Shown here one piece after another: positions 20,015 to 30,735 of a DNA stretch of 64,000 nucleotides (positions within the stretch are counted from its first letter, which is position 1; each line of letters begins with the position of its first letter). Source of the DNA: Pseudomonadota bacterium (GTDB lineage Bacteria > Desulfobacterota > Desulfobacteria > Desulfobacterales > RPRI01); the NCBI GenBank assembly GCA_043825875.1, contig JBDRRF010000107.1:1-64000 (forward strand), read 5' to 3'. Position numbers and translations under genes: made by a program. The notes under the pieces are model-generated. The model did not search any database and was not told where the DNA came from. It saw nothing but the letters and a program-made list of their open reading frames with translations.

Positions 20015-20057
20015 AACAGGGTGGTTGCCAATATCTTGACATCCACCCTGTTCTTTG
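20015..20057 (+). terminator. Hairpin, probable terminator after flgE
   Basis: Stem AACAGGGTGG...CCACCCTGTT followed by CTTTG. Confidence 0.7.
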
Positions 20058-20166
20058 ACGAAAAACCTTTCTGCAAACAATCACCACCCATCAGCCTGTC
20101 AAGCATAACAATCTGTAATACAAGTTATTTCAAACACCTTTAAATACATACTCCGGCCTGGCGATA

Positions 20167-20183
20167 TTGGCATAAAGGTTGCT
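20167..20183 (+). promoter_or_regulatory. Sigma54 promoter upstream of motA
   Basis: TTGGCATAAAGGTTGCT (GG-N10-GC). Confidence 0.8.
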
Positions 20184-20235
20184 GTATATCAAAAATCAAT
20201 AGCCGCAATTTAAAGTAAGAGTTATGTGGGATATT

Positions 20236-20985
20236 ATGGATATCGCAACAGTTTTAGGCATCTTTTCAGCATTCGGGCTTGTATTTATCGCTATTTTCAT
20301 TGGCGGTGGACTTAAGCTGTTTATAGATTTTCCGGCATTAATGATTGTTGGGGGAGGTACTCTGGGAGCAACAATGATTAACTATCCTCTAAGTGAAATT
20401 CTTGGTGTTTTCAGAGTGGTAAAAAATGCATTTTTTACCACTAACACAGAAAGTGAAGGATTGATCAGGGCCTTTGTCGGTTATTCAAACAAAGTCAGGC
20501 GGGAAGGACTGCTTGCGCTGGAAGGAGAACTTGTCGGATTAAAAGACGAGTTTTTGAAAAAAGCAATTCAGCTTTCAATAGACGGTTTAGAGCCTGTAGA
20601 GATAAAAAATATTCTGGAAACAGAAATTGATTTTATAAGAAACCGCCACAGTCTGGGGGCGGAAATATTTACAACTATGGGAACCTACGCGCCTGCCCTG
20701 GGAATGATAGGTACTTTGATCGGATTGATTCAAATGCTACAGTCTATGGATGATCCAGGTAAAATAGGGCCGTCAATGTCAGTAGCTCTTCTTACCACTT
20801 TTTACGGTTCTATAATGGCTAATATCGTATGTCTTCCCATTGCCGGAAAGCTTAAAACAAGAAGCAAGGAAGAAATATTGACGAAAGAAATGGTGATTCA
20901 GGGAGTTATTTCGCTTTCAAACGGAGATAATCCCAGGATTCTTGAAGAGAAACTAAAAGCATTTGTTCCCGTTAGCCGCCGTTAG
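20236..20985 (+). CDS. motA: Flagellar stator A subunit (MotA/PomA family)
   Basis: MDIATVLG, RREGLLALE, APALGMIGTLIGLIQML, ALLTTFYG. Confidence 0.93.
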   Translation: MDIATVLGIFSAFGLVFIAIFIGGGLKLFIDFPALMIVGGGTLGATMINYPLSEILGVFRVVKNAFFTTNTESEGLIRAFVGYSNKVRREGLLALEGELVGLKDEFLKKAIQLSIDGLEPVEIKNILETEIDFIRNRHSLGAEIFTTMGTYAPALGMIGTLIGLIQMLQSMDDPGKIGPSMSVALLTTFYGSIMANIVCLPIAGKLKTRSKEEILTKEMVIQGVISLSNGDNPRILEEKLKAFVPVSRR

Positions 20986-20995
20986 GATTTAAATT

Positions 20996-21727
20996 ATGGC
21001 TATAACAAAAAATAACACCGCCAATGATACGGCAAGAAACGTTGGAACAGCTATTACAGTCTCACTATTTATGATTATTTTGACATTTTTTATTTTACTA
21101 AACTCTATGGCAACACTTAATCAAAAAAGAAAATATACCGCTATAAACTCTTTGGCCAAGTCGTTTGGAAGATCTAATGATAATTCTTTTGCTTCTCCTG
21201 CAACCATTGATCAAAAGAATCATTTGGAAAACATTATGAGCGGGCTGGATAAAAATATAAATAAAAACATCGGAATAAAAGGCAAAGCAGGAATAGAAAT
21301 ACTTACAATAGGAGAAAAAGATCTTTTTTATGCAAACAAACATGTTCTTAAGCCGGAGTCAATTGCTTTGCTGAAAAAACTGGGAAACTTTATCAATCAG
21401 GGAGATTATCCTGTTTTGATTATAGGATATACGGATAATCGTGATGCACAGGAAAAAGGTTATAGTTCCAACTGGGAACTTTCTACTCTAATGGCTGTTC
21501 AATTACAAAAATATTTCATAGAAGAATGCAAGATAAAGCCTCACAGAATAACAGCTTATGGAAACGGAAGCCAGCATCCTAAAGATTCTAACGATACATC
21601 CGAATCAAGACAGAAAAACAGAAGAATCGAGATAATATTTAAAGGTGATTTGCCTGTTAAAAAAGTATATTCCGAAACACCTTCGGGAAACTTTACTTAC
21701 AAGAGATTTAACTTCAATGTCTACTAA
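20996..21727 (+). CDS. MotB-like protein (TM helix + OmpA-like domain) lacking the conserved Asp
   Basis: TM ITVSLFMIILTFFILL; GYTD, SNWELS, NRRIEI. Confidence 0.8.
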   Translation: MAITKNNTANDTARNVGTAITVSLFMIILTFFILLNSMATLNQKRKYTAINSLAKSFGRSNDNSFASPATIDQKNHLENIMSGLDKNINKNIGIKGKAGIEILTIGEKDLFYANKHVLKPESIALLKKLGNFINQGDYPVLIIGYTDNRDAQEKGYSSNWELSTLMAVQLQKYFIEECKIKPHRITAYGNGSQHPKDSNDTSESRQKNRRIEIIFKGDLPVKKVYSETPSGNFTYKRFNFNVY

Positions 21728-22376
21728 TATGAGAAGAAGACAAATAGCAGCAAATGGCGATGAAGCCATAAATAAAGATGGGTGGATGGTAACATTTTCG
21801 GATGTTATTATGCTTATCATTACTTTTTTTGTGATGATCCTAACAATGTCTTCTATAAACCAGAAATCTTTAAAAGAGACTTTAAACTGTCTTAAAGAAT
21901 CAATAGGAGGGACAACATACTCGGGTTACGTAAAAAATGGTGAGTATGGAAATATAAAAGCAGCGCTTAAAAATATCGATAAGTCTGTCGGCATTAAAGA
22001 AGATGAACGCGGTATTGTGGTGACAATTAGTGAAAATATACTTTTTGAGACGGGAAAATCTGCAATGAAAAAGGAAAACTACCGGATTCTTGATTCCATT
22101 GCCGCTGTAATTGATTCTAGTTCAAATGAAATTATGATCATGGGTCATACTGATGATGTACCTCTTAAATCAGGCAAATATGAATCTAACTGGGAACTGG
22201 CTGGATATAGGGGAATTTCCGTGCTGGACTATTTTATAACAAACAAAAAACTGCCTGAATCCCGGTTTCATGTCGGAGGTTATGGGGCATCCCGACCATT
22301 GTTTCCTAATGATAGCTTAAAGCACAGAGCTTTAAACAGGAGAGTAGAAATAATATTCAAACATAAAGAGGTGTAG
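21717..22376 (+). CDS. motB: Flagellar stator B subunit
   Basis: WMVTFSDVIMLIITFF with the conserved Asp; GHTDD, SNWEL, NRRVEI. Start 21717 or 21729. Confidence 0.9.
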   Translation: MSTNMRRRQIAANGDEAINKDGWMVTFSDVIMLIITFFVMILTMSSINQKSLKETLNCLKESIGGTTYSGYVKNGEYGNIKAALKNIDKSVGIKEDERGIVVTISENILFETGKSAMKKENYRILDSIAAVIDSSSNEIMIMGHTDDVPLKSGKYESNWELAGYRGISVLDYFITNKKLPESRFHVGGYGASRPLFPNDSLKHRALNRRVEIIFKHKEV

Positions 22377-22379
22377 TAT

Positions 22380-22904
22380 ATGGCTGAAGAAAAAGAAAAA
22401 ACAGAAGAAGTAAAGGAAGTGCAAAGCCCGAAAAAGCCAATGGGCAAGTTATTGATTATAGTTGGTGCAGTTTTGGTTATAGGGATCGCCGGGTTTTTCG
22501 GCTGGACTATGTTTTTGAACAAAGGCGGCGATGATAGTCATAAAGCGGAAGGCTCAGAAACTGCTGCGAAACAAAATGAACATAATACTGAAGAAGCCCG
22601 GCTTATTTTCCCGCTTGAATCATTTATAGTCAACCTGATGGACACATCAGGAACAGGCAAAAAATATCTTAAAATAACCATGGAACTTGAAGTTATGGGA
22701 GAAGATGAAAAGAAAAAGCTGGAAACTTATAAAACCCAGCTTAAAGATACTATTTTAATGCTGCTTTCCAGCCGGTCTTTTGAAGAAATATATACTGTTG
22801 AAGGGAAACTGGATTTGAAGCAGACTCTTTTGGCGAGGATTAATCAGGCTCTGGGTGGAAACGTTGTTTATAAAATATACTTCACAGAATTTGTTGTGCA
22901 ATAG
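22380..22904 (+). CDS. fliL: Flagellar basal body-associated protein FliL
   Basis: N-terminal TM helix; FIVNL, YLKI, IYFTEFVVQ. Confidence 0.92.
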   Translation: MAEEKEKTEEVKEVQSPKKPMGKLLIIVGAVLVIGIAGFFGWTMFLNKGGDDSHKAEGSETAAKQNEHNTEEARLIFPLESFIVNLMDTSGTGKKYLKITMELEVMGEDEKKKLETYKTQLKDTILMLLSSRSFEEIYTVEGKLDLKQTLLARINQALGGNVVYKIYFTEFVVQ

Positions 22905-22913
22905 AAAATAGCT

Positions 22914-23891
22914 ATGGCGAATATATTATCACAAGATGAAGTTGATTCCCTTTTAGGCGGGATAGACGAAGGAAGTGTTGAAACCGAAACCGATGTTCCT
23001 GAAACAGGCGGGGCAAACCAGTTATATGATTTTGCAAAAAAAAGCCGCCCGGATCATCTAAGGCTGCCGGCTTTGGGTATGATAAACGAACGGTTTCTAA
23101 ATCTTGTAAACGAAAGCCTTCCTGAAACTGTTGGCTTAACAGCCGATGTAAGCATTGATGATATAGATTCGGTCAAGTTTGGTGATTTTTGCCGGTCTCT
23201 TCCTGTGCCTACCAGCCTTAATATTTTTAAAATGGAACCACTTAAGGGTTTTGCGCTTCTGGTTTTTGAGGGATGGCTGGTTTTTGCTTTTGTGGATGCC
23301 CTTTTCGGAGGAAAAGGCTTAAGCCATGTAAAACTGGAAGGAAAAAGCTTTACTGCTATTGAGAAAAAGTTGGTAAGCCGGATCGTAGATATTATACTGG
23401 TTGATTTGCAAAAGGCCTGGTCTGATGTCAAGGATTTGAAGATGGTTTGCGTACGTACGGAAATGGATCCTCAATTTGCAGGGATAGCTAAACCCACAGA
23501 TATGGTTATTGCTACAAAGTTTGCTGTTAATGTAGGTAATTTTACCGGAGGAATGACTATTTGTCTGCCTTATGATGTGATTGAGCCGATTGGGGAAAAA
23601 CTTAAAGATAATTTTCGGAGTGAAAAAGTTGAGGCAGACCTTACATGGCGGCCGCACATAGAAAATAAAATTAAAGATTTAAATATCAACTTAAAATGCA
23701 CACTGGGCAGGATAAAAATAACCGGCCGCGAATTTCTTGAGATGAAAACAAATGATGTACTGCTTACGGGTCAGAAAGTAGATGATCCTGTTCTTGTAAG
23801 CGTTGATGATATTAATAAATTTAAAGGTTATGTTGGGTCAATGAACAATAAGAAGGCAATAAGAATAGCACAAAAAGTATATTCGGAGTAA
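22914..23891 (+). CDS. fliM: Motor switch protein FliM
   Basis: ILSQDEVDSLL CheY-binding motif; C-terminal SpoA domain. Confidence 0.94.
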   Translation: MANILSQDEVDSLLGGIDEGSVETETDVPETGGANQLYDFAKKSRPDHLRLPALGMINERFLNLVNESLPETVGLTADVSIDDIDSVKFGDFCRSLPVPTSLNIFKMEPLKGFALLVFEGWLVFAFVDALFGGKGLSHVKLEGKSFTAIEKKLVSRIVDIILVDLQKAWSDVKDLKMVCVRTEMDPQFAGIAKPTDMVIATKFAVNVGNFTGGMTICLPYDVIEPIGEKLKDNFRSEKVEADLTWRPHIENKIKDLNINLKCTLGRIKITGREFLEMKTNDVLLTGQKVDDPVLVSVDDINKFKGYVGSMNNKKAIRIAQKVYSE

Positions 23892-23895
23892 AAAA

Positions 23896-24231
23896 ATGGA
23901 TGAATTAAATGATAATGACGGCGCAGCTAGTAATGACTCACAGGATATGGAAGAGATAGAGTCAAATCAAAAATATGACATCGATCTTATTATGGATATC
24001 CCTCTCGAAATCCGGGTGGAGTTGGGACAGGCCAAGATGCTTATAAATGACCTTCTCCAGTTGGGCCAGGGTTCGGTTATAGAATTAAATAAGAATATCG
24101 GAGATCCTATTGATATATACATATGCGATAAACTTATTGCAAAGGGCGAAGTTGTAGTTGTGGAAGATAAATTCGGTATACGACTAACAAACATTATAAG
24201 CCCTACCGAACGTATTAAATCTTTGGCTTAA
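23896..24231 (+). CDS. fliN: Motor switch protein FliN
   Basis: MDIPLEIRVELG, GSVIEL, GEVVVVEDKFGIR. Confidence 0.94.
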   Translation: MDELNDNDGAASNDSQDMEEIESNQKYDIDLIMDIPLEIRVELGQAKMLINDLLQLGQGSVIELNKNIGDPIDIYICDKLIAKGEVVVVEDKFGIRLTNIISPTERIKSLA

Positions 24232-24241
24232 AGGATTTGCC

Positions 24242-24535
24242 ATGAACGGAATTTTCGAGGTCAATTTATTGAGTACGGGTTTAAAGACAGCGGCAATGCT
24301 TGCGATCGTGCTGGCCGTTTTAATTTCGGTTCTTTATATTATGAAAAGATTTATGTTTTTTCAAAAAGGGACCGGTAAAGAGCAACTTATCAAGGTTATT
24401 TCATCCATGCATCTGTCGCCTAAAGAAAAAATTCAGGTAATTGAAATATCGGGTGAAAGGCTTGTGATCGGAATTACACAAAACTCTATAAATTGTCTGG
24501 CCAGGTTAAAGGATAGCAATGAAGATGATGAATAA
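24242..24535 (+). CDS. fliO: Flagellar biosynthesis protein FliO
   Basis: TM helix plus beta domain; lies between fliN and fliP. Confidence 0.85.
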   Translation: MNGIFEVNLLSTGLKTAAMLAIVLAVLISVLYIMKRFMFFQKGTGKEQLIKVISSMHLSPKEKIQVIEISGERLVIGITQNSINCLARLKDSNEDDE

Positions 24536-25334
24536 ATATATAAATACCGCAGCTTTTATGCAATCAAGTAAAAAGAGCATAAAAAATATATTATTTTGTT
24601 TTATCATTGTAGCTATGTTGTTAATACTGGCAGCAAAAAGCGTAGCGGCAGCCGATATTGCTTTGCCTTCATTGCGTATAGGCGTTGAGTCAGCAGACAA
24701 TCCGGAACAGGTATCAGTACTTATTCAAATCCTTTTTTTATTGACCGTTTTAAGCCTTGCGCCGGCTATTTTGATAATGATGACTCCTTTTACCAGGCTT
24801 GCTATAGTATTTTCCTTTTTAAGGCAAAGTATTGGAACCCAGCAGACTCCATCAAATCAGATAATAGCCGGTCTTTCAATGTTTCTGACTTTTTTTATCA
24901 TGATGCCACAATGGCAGGAGATCAACAACAATGCTCTGCAGCCGTATCTGGAAAAGAGAATTTCGCAGGAAACAGCTATCAAAGAGGCTATGCTTCCAAT
25001 TCGTAAATTTATGTTCAAACAGACACGGGAAAAAGATTTGGCAATATTTGTGAAAATGTCTAAAGCCGAAAAGCCAAGAACGCCGGAAGACATTTCTATG
25101 GCAACACTTATACCTGCTTTTGTTATAAGCGAACTTAAGACTGCTTTTATTATCGGATTTGTTCTGTTTGTACCCTTTTTGATTATTGATATGGTTGTAG
25201 CAAGCGTTTTGCTAAGTATGGGAATGATGATGCTTCCGCCGATTCTGATATCATTGCCGTTTAAACTGATGCTTTTCGTTTTGGTTGATGGATGGAACCT
25301 GATAGTAACCTCCATGGTAAAAAGTTTTCTTTAG
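24519..25334 (+). CDS. fliP: Export gate protein FliP (exact start uncertain)
   Basis: LTVLSLAPAIL, PAFVISELKTAF, LPFKLMLFVLVDGW. Confidence 0.95.
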   Translation: MKMMNKYINTAAFMQSSKKSIKNILFCFIIVAMLLILAAKSVAAADIALPSLRIGVESADNPEQVSVLIQILFLLTVLSLAPAILIMMTPFTRLAIVFSFLRQSIGTQQTPSNQIIAGLSMFLTFFIMMPQWQEINNNALQPYLEKRISQETAIKEAMLPIRKFMFKQTREKDLAIFVKMSKAEKPRTPEDISMATLIPAFVISELKTAFIIGFVLFVPFLIIDMVVASVLLSMGMMMLPPILISLPFKLMLFVLVDGWNLIVTSMVKSFL

Positions 25335-25346
25335 AAAGAGGAATAT

Positions 25347-25616
25347 ATGTCGCCTGACATTGTGATAAATTATTTGCAGGAAGCAATTAAAACAACAATA
25401 TTGGTTTCACTTCCGATTTTACTTATCGGGCTTACGGTAGGTCTTATAATCAGTATCTTTCAGGCTGTAACTCAGATTCATGAGATGACGCTTACATTCG
25501 TGCCCAAAATACTCGCCATATTTTTTGGAATTATGCTTTTCGGAGGTTGGATGTTTGGGCATATCATGACTTTTACGATAAACGCTATTGAACAAATACC
25601 GAATTTTATAAGGTAA
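25347..25616 (+). CDS. fliQ: Export gate protein FliQ
   Basis: SIFQAVTQIHEMTLTFVPK. Confidence 0.95.
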   Translation: MSPDIVINYLQEAIKTTILVSLPILLIGLTVGLIISIFQAVTQIHEMTLTFVPKILAIFFGIMLFGGWMFGHIMTFTINAIEQIPNFIR

Positions 25617-25624
25617 CAATCGAT

Positions 25625-26407
25625 ATGGATCTGCTTAATATACAATATAGCGAAATCAAGATATTTCTTTTTATTCTTATAAGGATAGGGGTTATTTTAT
25701 TTATGATGCCCTTCTTTAGTTCCAAAGTTATTCCGGTTATGGTAAAGGCCGGACTGACGATTATATTGGCTTTTATACTTTATCCTGTAAGCGGTCCTTA
25801 TACAGCAATATATCCCGACTCACCATTGGGAATGGGCATCCTGATAATCGGAGAATTGATTATAGGCATGATTTTAGGATTACTTGTCCAGCTTTTTTTT
25901 GAAGGTATCCGCATTATGGGTCAAATAGCCGGAATGGAAATAGGGTTTTCCATAGCAAATGTTTTAGATCCTCAAAGCGGTATTCAGTCTTCTATTCTTT
26001 CCAATATAGCTTATTTACTTGCCATAGTACTTTTTCTTATTTTAAACGGACACTATATAATATTTAATGCGATCAGAGAAAGCTTTGCAATCATACAGCC
26101 GGGTTCAGTACACATAAACAAACAGGTCTTTATGGAGGTATCGCGAAGATCCGGAGAAATGTTTTCTATAGCGATTCAGATAGGTGCACCTGTAATAGCA
26201 TCTATTTTATTCATTCAGATTTCATTCGGCCTTATTACCAGACTTTTGCCTCAGATGAATGTCATGGTAGTGGCGTTTCCTGTTCAGATAGCAACAGGCC
26301 TGATTTTTTTCGGCATATCATTATGGGTAATGCTGCACTTTATAGAAAAATATTTGGATAATTTAAACACACAGTTAATAAATATGATGTTTTTGATCAA
26401 TGGATAG
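25625..26407 (+). CDS. fliR: Export gate protein FliR
   Basis: Polytopic protein; LNGHY, PQMNVMVVAFP. Confidence 0.93.
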   Translation: MDLLNIQYSEIKIFLFILIRIGVILFMMPFFSSKVIPVMVKAGLTIILAFILYPVSGPYTAIYPDSPLGMGILIIGELIIGMILGLLVQLFFEGIRIMGQIAGMEIGFSIANVLDPQSGIQSSILSNIAYLLAIVLFLILNGHYIIFNAIRESFAIIQPGSVHINKQVFMEVSRRSGEMFSIAIQIGAPVIASILFIQISFGLITRLLPQMNVMVVAFPVQIATGLIFFGISLWVMLHFIEKYLDNLNTQLINMMFLING

Positions 26408-26423
26408 ATTGTAAGGATAGATA

Positions 26424-27494
26424 ATGGCTGAAGAGTCAACCGAAGAAAAAACCGAGAAACCTACTCCTAAAAAAAGAGAAGAAACACGCAATAAAGGAGA
26501 GGTAGCTAAAAGCAAAGAACTTTCTTCTGTTGTTGTTCTTTTCTCAGGACTGTTTGCTATGGGAACATTCGGTTCTTTTATGCTTTCTAATATCCATGAA
26601 TTGATGAAAGGAATATTTTCCAATCCAACGATAAACGACCAGAGCGTTACCGGTGTTTTAGAATTTATTCAACAATTTATTTTTTCATTTCTTGTGATCA
26701 TAGGTCCTCTGCTTGCTGCTGTTTTTATCGGGGCTGTTTTGTCAAATGTAATGCAGGTTGGTTTCATGTTTTCGGGAGAGTCGATTAAGCCCAAGTTTTC
26801 AAAGTTAAATCCTTTGAAAGGATTAAAAAGATTGGTTTCCATGCAATCAATAATGGAGTTGGCCAAATCAATCGTAAAGCTTATCATAATAGGGGTAACG
26901 GCTTATTTAACAATAATACATGAAATGGATAATGTTTCCATGCTTGGAGAGTTGGGAATCGGGTCTATTTTTCAATATATCTTTTCCATTGTTTTCAGAA
27001 TATTTTTGCGATGCTCTATTGCTATGGTAGTACTTGCGGTACTCGATTATGGTTTTCAAAGATGGGAGTTTGAAAAAAGAATAAAAATGAGCAAGCAGGA
27101 AATTAAAGATGAATATAAAAAGACAGATGGTGATCCGCTGGTCAAATCAAGAATAAAAACTATTCAAATGGAAATGGCCAGAAAAAGAATGATGCAGGCA
27201 GTTCCTGAGGCAGACGTAATTATAACGAACCCGACTCATTTTGCGGTTGCACTTAAATACGACAGTCTTAATATGAACGCTCCTAAACTAGTGGCAAAAG
27301 GTGCGGGTGAAATTGCCATGCGAATCAAAAGCCTTGCTGCAGAACATAATGTGCCGGTAGTAGAAAACAAGGAGCTTGCCAGAAATATATACAAGCTTGT
27401 GGAAATCGGAAGAGAAATTCCGACTGAATTGTTTCAGGCTGTAGCCGAGGTTCTGGCGTATATTTACAAATTAAAAGGTAAATATAATAAATAA
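26424..27494 (+). CDS. flhB: Export switch protein FlhB
   Basis: EKTEKPTPKK; NPTH autocleavage motif. Confidence 0.96.
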   Translation: MAEESTEEKTEKPTPKKREETRNKGEVAKSKELSSVVVLFSGLFAMGTFGSFMLSNIHELMKGIFSNPTINDQSVTGVLEFIQQFIFSFLVIIGPLLAAVFIGAVLSNVMQVGFMFSGESIKPKFSKLNPLKGLKRLVSMQSIMELAKSIVKLIIIGVTAYLTIIHEMDNVSMLGELGIGSIFQYIFSIVFRIFLRCSIAMVVLAVLDYGFQRWEFEKRIKMSKQEIKDEYKKTDGDPLVKSRIKTIQMEMARKRMMQAVPEADVIITNPTHFAVALKYDSLNMNAPKLVAKGAGEIAMRIKSLAAEHNVPVVENKELARNIYKLVEIGREIPTELFQAVAEVLAYIYKLKGKYNK

Positions 27495-27503
27495 ATTATA
27501 CTT

Positions 27504-29609
27504 GTGGAGCGAAAAGTAATGGAAGAAGTTGTAGGTATAAAACCAGGTGCTGCGTCAAGCAGTGAAATATTAACAGCTGCAGGGGTTATCGGAATTCTTC
27601 TGGTAATGATCATTCCGGTGCCGCCTATGATGCTTGATTTTCTTCTGGCTATAAATATTACTCTTGCAGTTACCATTATGCTTATTTCCATGTTCACTCT
27701 TACACCACTTGATTTCTCAATATTTCCAACATTGCTGTTGCTTACAACTCTTTTCAGGTTGTCTTTAAATGTGGCTTCAACCCGGTTAATACTTCTGCAT
27801 GGAAATGAAAGTACGAATGCAGCAGGAAAAGTTATTATGTCGTTCGGTAACTTTGTGGTAGGCGGCAACTTTGTAGTAGGTATGATTATTTTTATAATAC
27901 TTGTCATAGTTAATTTTATTGTAATTACCAAGGGTGCTTCAAGAATCGCAGAAGTTGCAGCAAGATTTACCCTTGATGCAATGCCTGGCAAGCAGATGAG
28001 TATAGATGCCGATTTAAATGCAGGAATGATAGATGAAAAAGAAGCCAGAAGGCGCAGAACAGTTATAGCTAAAGAAGCTGAATTCCACGGAGCCATGGAT
28101 GGCGCGGCTAAATTTGTTAGAGGGGATGCTATTGCCGGCATTATTATAACATTGATCAATATACTTGGCGGATTTATCATAGGTGTGGTTCAAAAACAGC
28201 TGCCCATTGTTGATGCTGCACAAAATTATACACTGCTGACAGTTGGTGATGGCTTGGTATCACAAATTCCGGCGCTTTTGATATCTACCGCAGCCGGTAT
28301 TGTACTTAGCAGATCGGGATCAAATGATACAATGGGCAAGGAATTCGGAGCCCAGTTTTTTGCCTATCATAAAGCAATGTATTTAGCCGCAGGCACAATT
28401 TTTTTGTTTGGACTTATACCGGGGCTGCCACATTTTTCTTTTATGGTACTTTCCCTTTTTATAGCAGGTGGAGTATATTTCTATAGAAACAAAATGAAAA
28501 CAGCTGAAGATGCGCAGGCAATTGAAAGTAAAGAAATAGAAGCTGAAGCCGGCCCGGAAGTAGTTGAGCATCTGCTTATGGTTGATATCATGGAACTCGA
28601 GGTAGGATACGGTCTTATTGCGCTTGTTGATAAAGAGCAGGGAGGCGAGTTTCTTGATAAGGTTCGCTCTATTCGCCGCCAGTTCGCAGTTGAACTTGGA
28701 ATTGTAATTCCCCCTATTCATATCAGAGATAACCTTCAGCTAAACTCCTCCGAATATCAAATTCTTCTTAAAGGCGTAAAAATTGCTGGATCTGATTTGA
28801 TGGTAAACCATTATCTTGCTATGGATCCCGGAGACGCAACCAGAAAAATTGAAGGAATCGAAACTTGTGAACCATCATTTAACCTGCCTGCCGTCTGGAT
28901 TCCGAAAGCGAAAAAAGAAGAAGCAAATATAGCCGGTTATACCGTTGTTGATAATGTAACCGTAATGGCGACTCATTTAACAGAGGTTATCAGAAAGCAT
29001 GCCTGGGAACTTATAGGACGGCAGGAAGTGCAAAATCTTTTAAATAATCTTAGCAAATCATATCCAAAAGTAGTTGAAGAGCTTGTGCCAAACCTGCTTT
29101 CTTTGGGTGGAGTGCAAAAAGTATTGCAAAATCTCTTAAGAGAACAAGTAGGGATAAAAGACATGTTGACCATTGTAGAAACCCTTGCAGATTATGCACC
29201 TCTTACAAAAGACACCGAACTTTTGACGGAATATGTCCGCCATAAACTTGCACGTTCTATTATTTCTCCTTACCTGGATGAAAAAGGATACTTAAATCTT
29301 ATAACAATATCAGCTGATATTGAAAATATACTTCTTAAAAACATACAAAAAACCGAACATGGTTCATATCTTGCAGTAGAACCTAATATGGCTGATCAAC
29401 TTTTGGAATCGATCAAAGAGCAATCGGAAAAAGCAATGATGCATAATATGCAACCAATTCTTCTATCAAGTCCTACTTTACGCAGGCATCTGAAAAAAAT
29501 GGTGGAATATTTTATTCCTTCATTAAAGGTATTGTCACATAGCGAATTATTAAGTGATATGAAATTTACGTCAATAGGAGAGGTTAGATTAAACAGTGCA
29601 AATTCATAA
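27504..29609 (+). CDS. flhA: Export protein FlhA
   Basis: RIAEVAARFTLDAMPGKQMSIDADLNAG, GAMDGAAKFVRGDA. Confidence 0.97.
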   Translation: MERKVMEEVVGIKPGAASSSEILTAAGVIGILLVMIIPVPPMMLDFLLAINITLAVTIMLISMFTLTPLDFSIFPTLLLLTTLFRLSLNVASTRLILLHGNESTNAAGKVIMSFGNFVVGGNFVVGMIIFIILVIVNFIVITKGASRIAEVAARFTLDAMPGKQMSIDADLNAGMIDEKEARRRRTVIAKEAEFHGAMDGAAKFVRGDAIAGIIITLINILGGFIIGVVQKQLPIVDAAQNYTLLTVGDGLVSQIPALLISTAAGIVLSRSGSNDTMGKEFGAQFFAYHKAMYLAAGTIFLFGLIPGLPHFSFMVLSLFIAGGVYFYRNKMKTAEDAQAIESKEIEAEAGPEVVEHLLMVDIMELEVGYGLIALVDKEQGGEFLDKVRSIRRQFAVELGIVIPPIHIRDNLQLNSSEYQILLKGVKIAGSDLMVNHYLAMDPGDATRKIEGIETCEPSFNLPAVWIPKAKKEEANIAGYTVVDNVTVMATHLTEVIRKHAWELIGRQEVQNLLNNLSKSYPKVVEELVPNLLSLGGVQKVLQNLLREQVGIKDMLTIVETLADYAPLTKDTELLTEYVRHKLARSIISPYLDEKGYLNLITISADIENILLKNIQKTEHGSYLAVEPNMADQLLESIKEQSEKAMMHNMQPILLSSPTLRRHLKKMVEYFIPSLKVLSHSELLSDMKFTSIGEVRLNSANS

Positions 29610-30651
29610 ATATAAAGCTAAGACAATTAGTGAAGCTATTTCATTGGTTAAGAAAGATCTGGGTGCAGATGCTATGATTTTGTCTTCCAGAAAACTGAAA
29701 GAAAACACCAATGACCAAATTTTTGAAATTGCTGCCATAGCCTCTAATACTGATACAGTTGCTTCCTCTTCCGGTTACTATGAAGATATGAAATCAGAGC
29801 TTATGAACATCAAGGAAATGATTTATATTTTGAATCATTCAGAAGGTATCGCCGATAAATTAATAACGAAACCGGATGCATTATCTATTTATGCAAAATT
29901 ACTTAAAAACGGGATTAATGAAAATTATTCAAAAATGTTTCTTGCAAAAGCTGGAGCATTGAATAATGGGACGCAGAATAATCTCAAACCTGTTAGAACT
30001 GAAATCATAAAGTCTATGATGGAATATATAGGGATTTATAAACCTTTCGAAACTATAAACGGCAAACAGACTATTACTGCTATGATAGGTACCACCGGTG
30101 TGGGAAAAACTACAACTATAGCAAAGCTTGCTGCACAGCTTACGTTAAAAAGCAAAAAAAAGGTTGGGTTAATTTCTATAGACAGCTACCGAATCGGAGC
30201 AATGGAACAGCTTAAAACATATGCAAATATTTTGGGAATCCCCTGTTTCCCGGCGTTTAACAGAAAAGATCTTTTAACGGCAATCGGAAAGCTTAAGAAT
30301 ATGGATGCTATTATAATAGATACTGCCGGTCAGAGTCAATACGACAGAAAAAGAATAGAAGAGTTAAAGAATATAATGACAGATGATTTGAAAATACAAT
30401 CTCATTTACTTCTTAATATAGCTACTTCAGAAGATGAAATGAATAAAACAGCAGTAAATTTCAGTATGCTTAACTTCAAGGGATATATATTTACGAAGCT
30501 GGATGAATCAGAAAAGTACGGGTCTATTATAAATCAATTAATGAAAAAACAGCTCCCGATATCATACCTGACAACCGGACAGAATGTCCCGGATGATATA
30601 GAGGCAGCTTCGAAAAACAGGATAGCAAAGCTATTATTTAATAATAATTAA
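29596..30651 (+). CDS. flhF: SRP-family GTPase FlhF
   Basis: GTTGVGKTT, DSYRIGA, DTAG, TKLDE, GQNVPDD. Confidence 0.93.
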   Translation: MQIHKYKAKTISEAISLVKKDLGADAMILSSRKLKENTNDQIFEIAAIASNTDTVASSSGYYEDMKSELMNIKEMIYILNHSEGIADKLITKPDALSIYAKLLKNGINENYSKMFLAKAGALNNGTQNNLKPVRTEIIKSMMEYIGIYKPFETINGKQTITAMIGTTGVGKTTTIAKLAAQLTLKSKKKVGLISIDSYRIGAMEQLKTYANILGIPCFPAFNRKDLLTAIGKLKNMDAIIIDTAGQSQYDRKRIEELKNIMTDDLKIQSHLLLNIATSEDEMNKTAVNFSMLNFKGYIFTKLDESEKYGSIINQLMKKQLPISYLTTGQNVPDDIEAASKNRIAKLLFNNN

Positions 30652-30735
30652 TCTAAATTACATATCATAATTTTGTATGGTGTTTATGGTTTGAACAATG
30701 GGATATAATCAATAATTTGACTGGAGCTTACTTCA

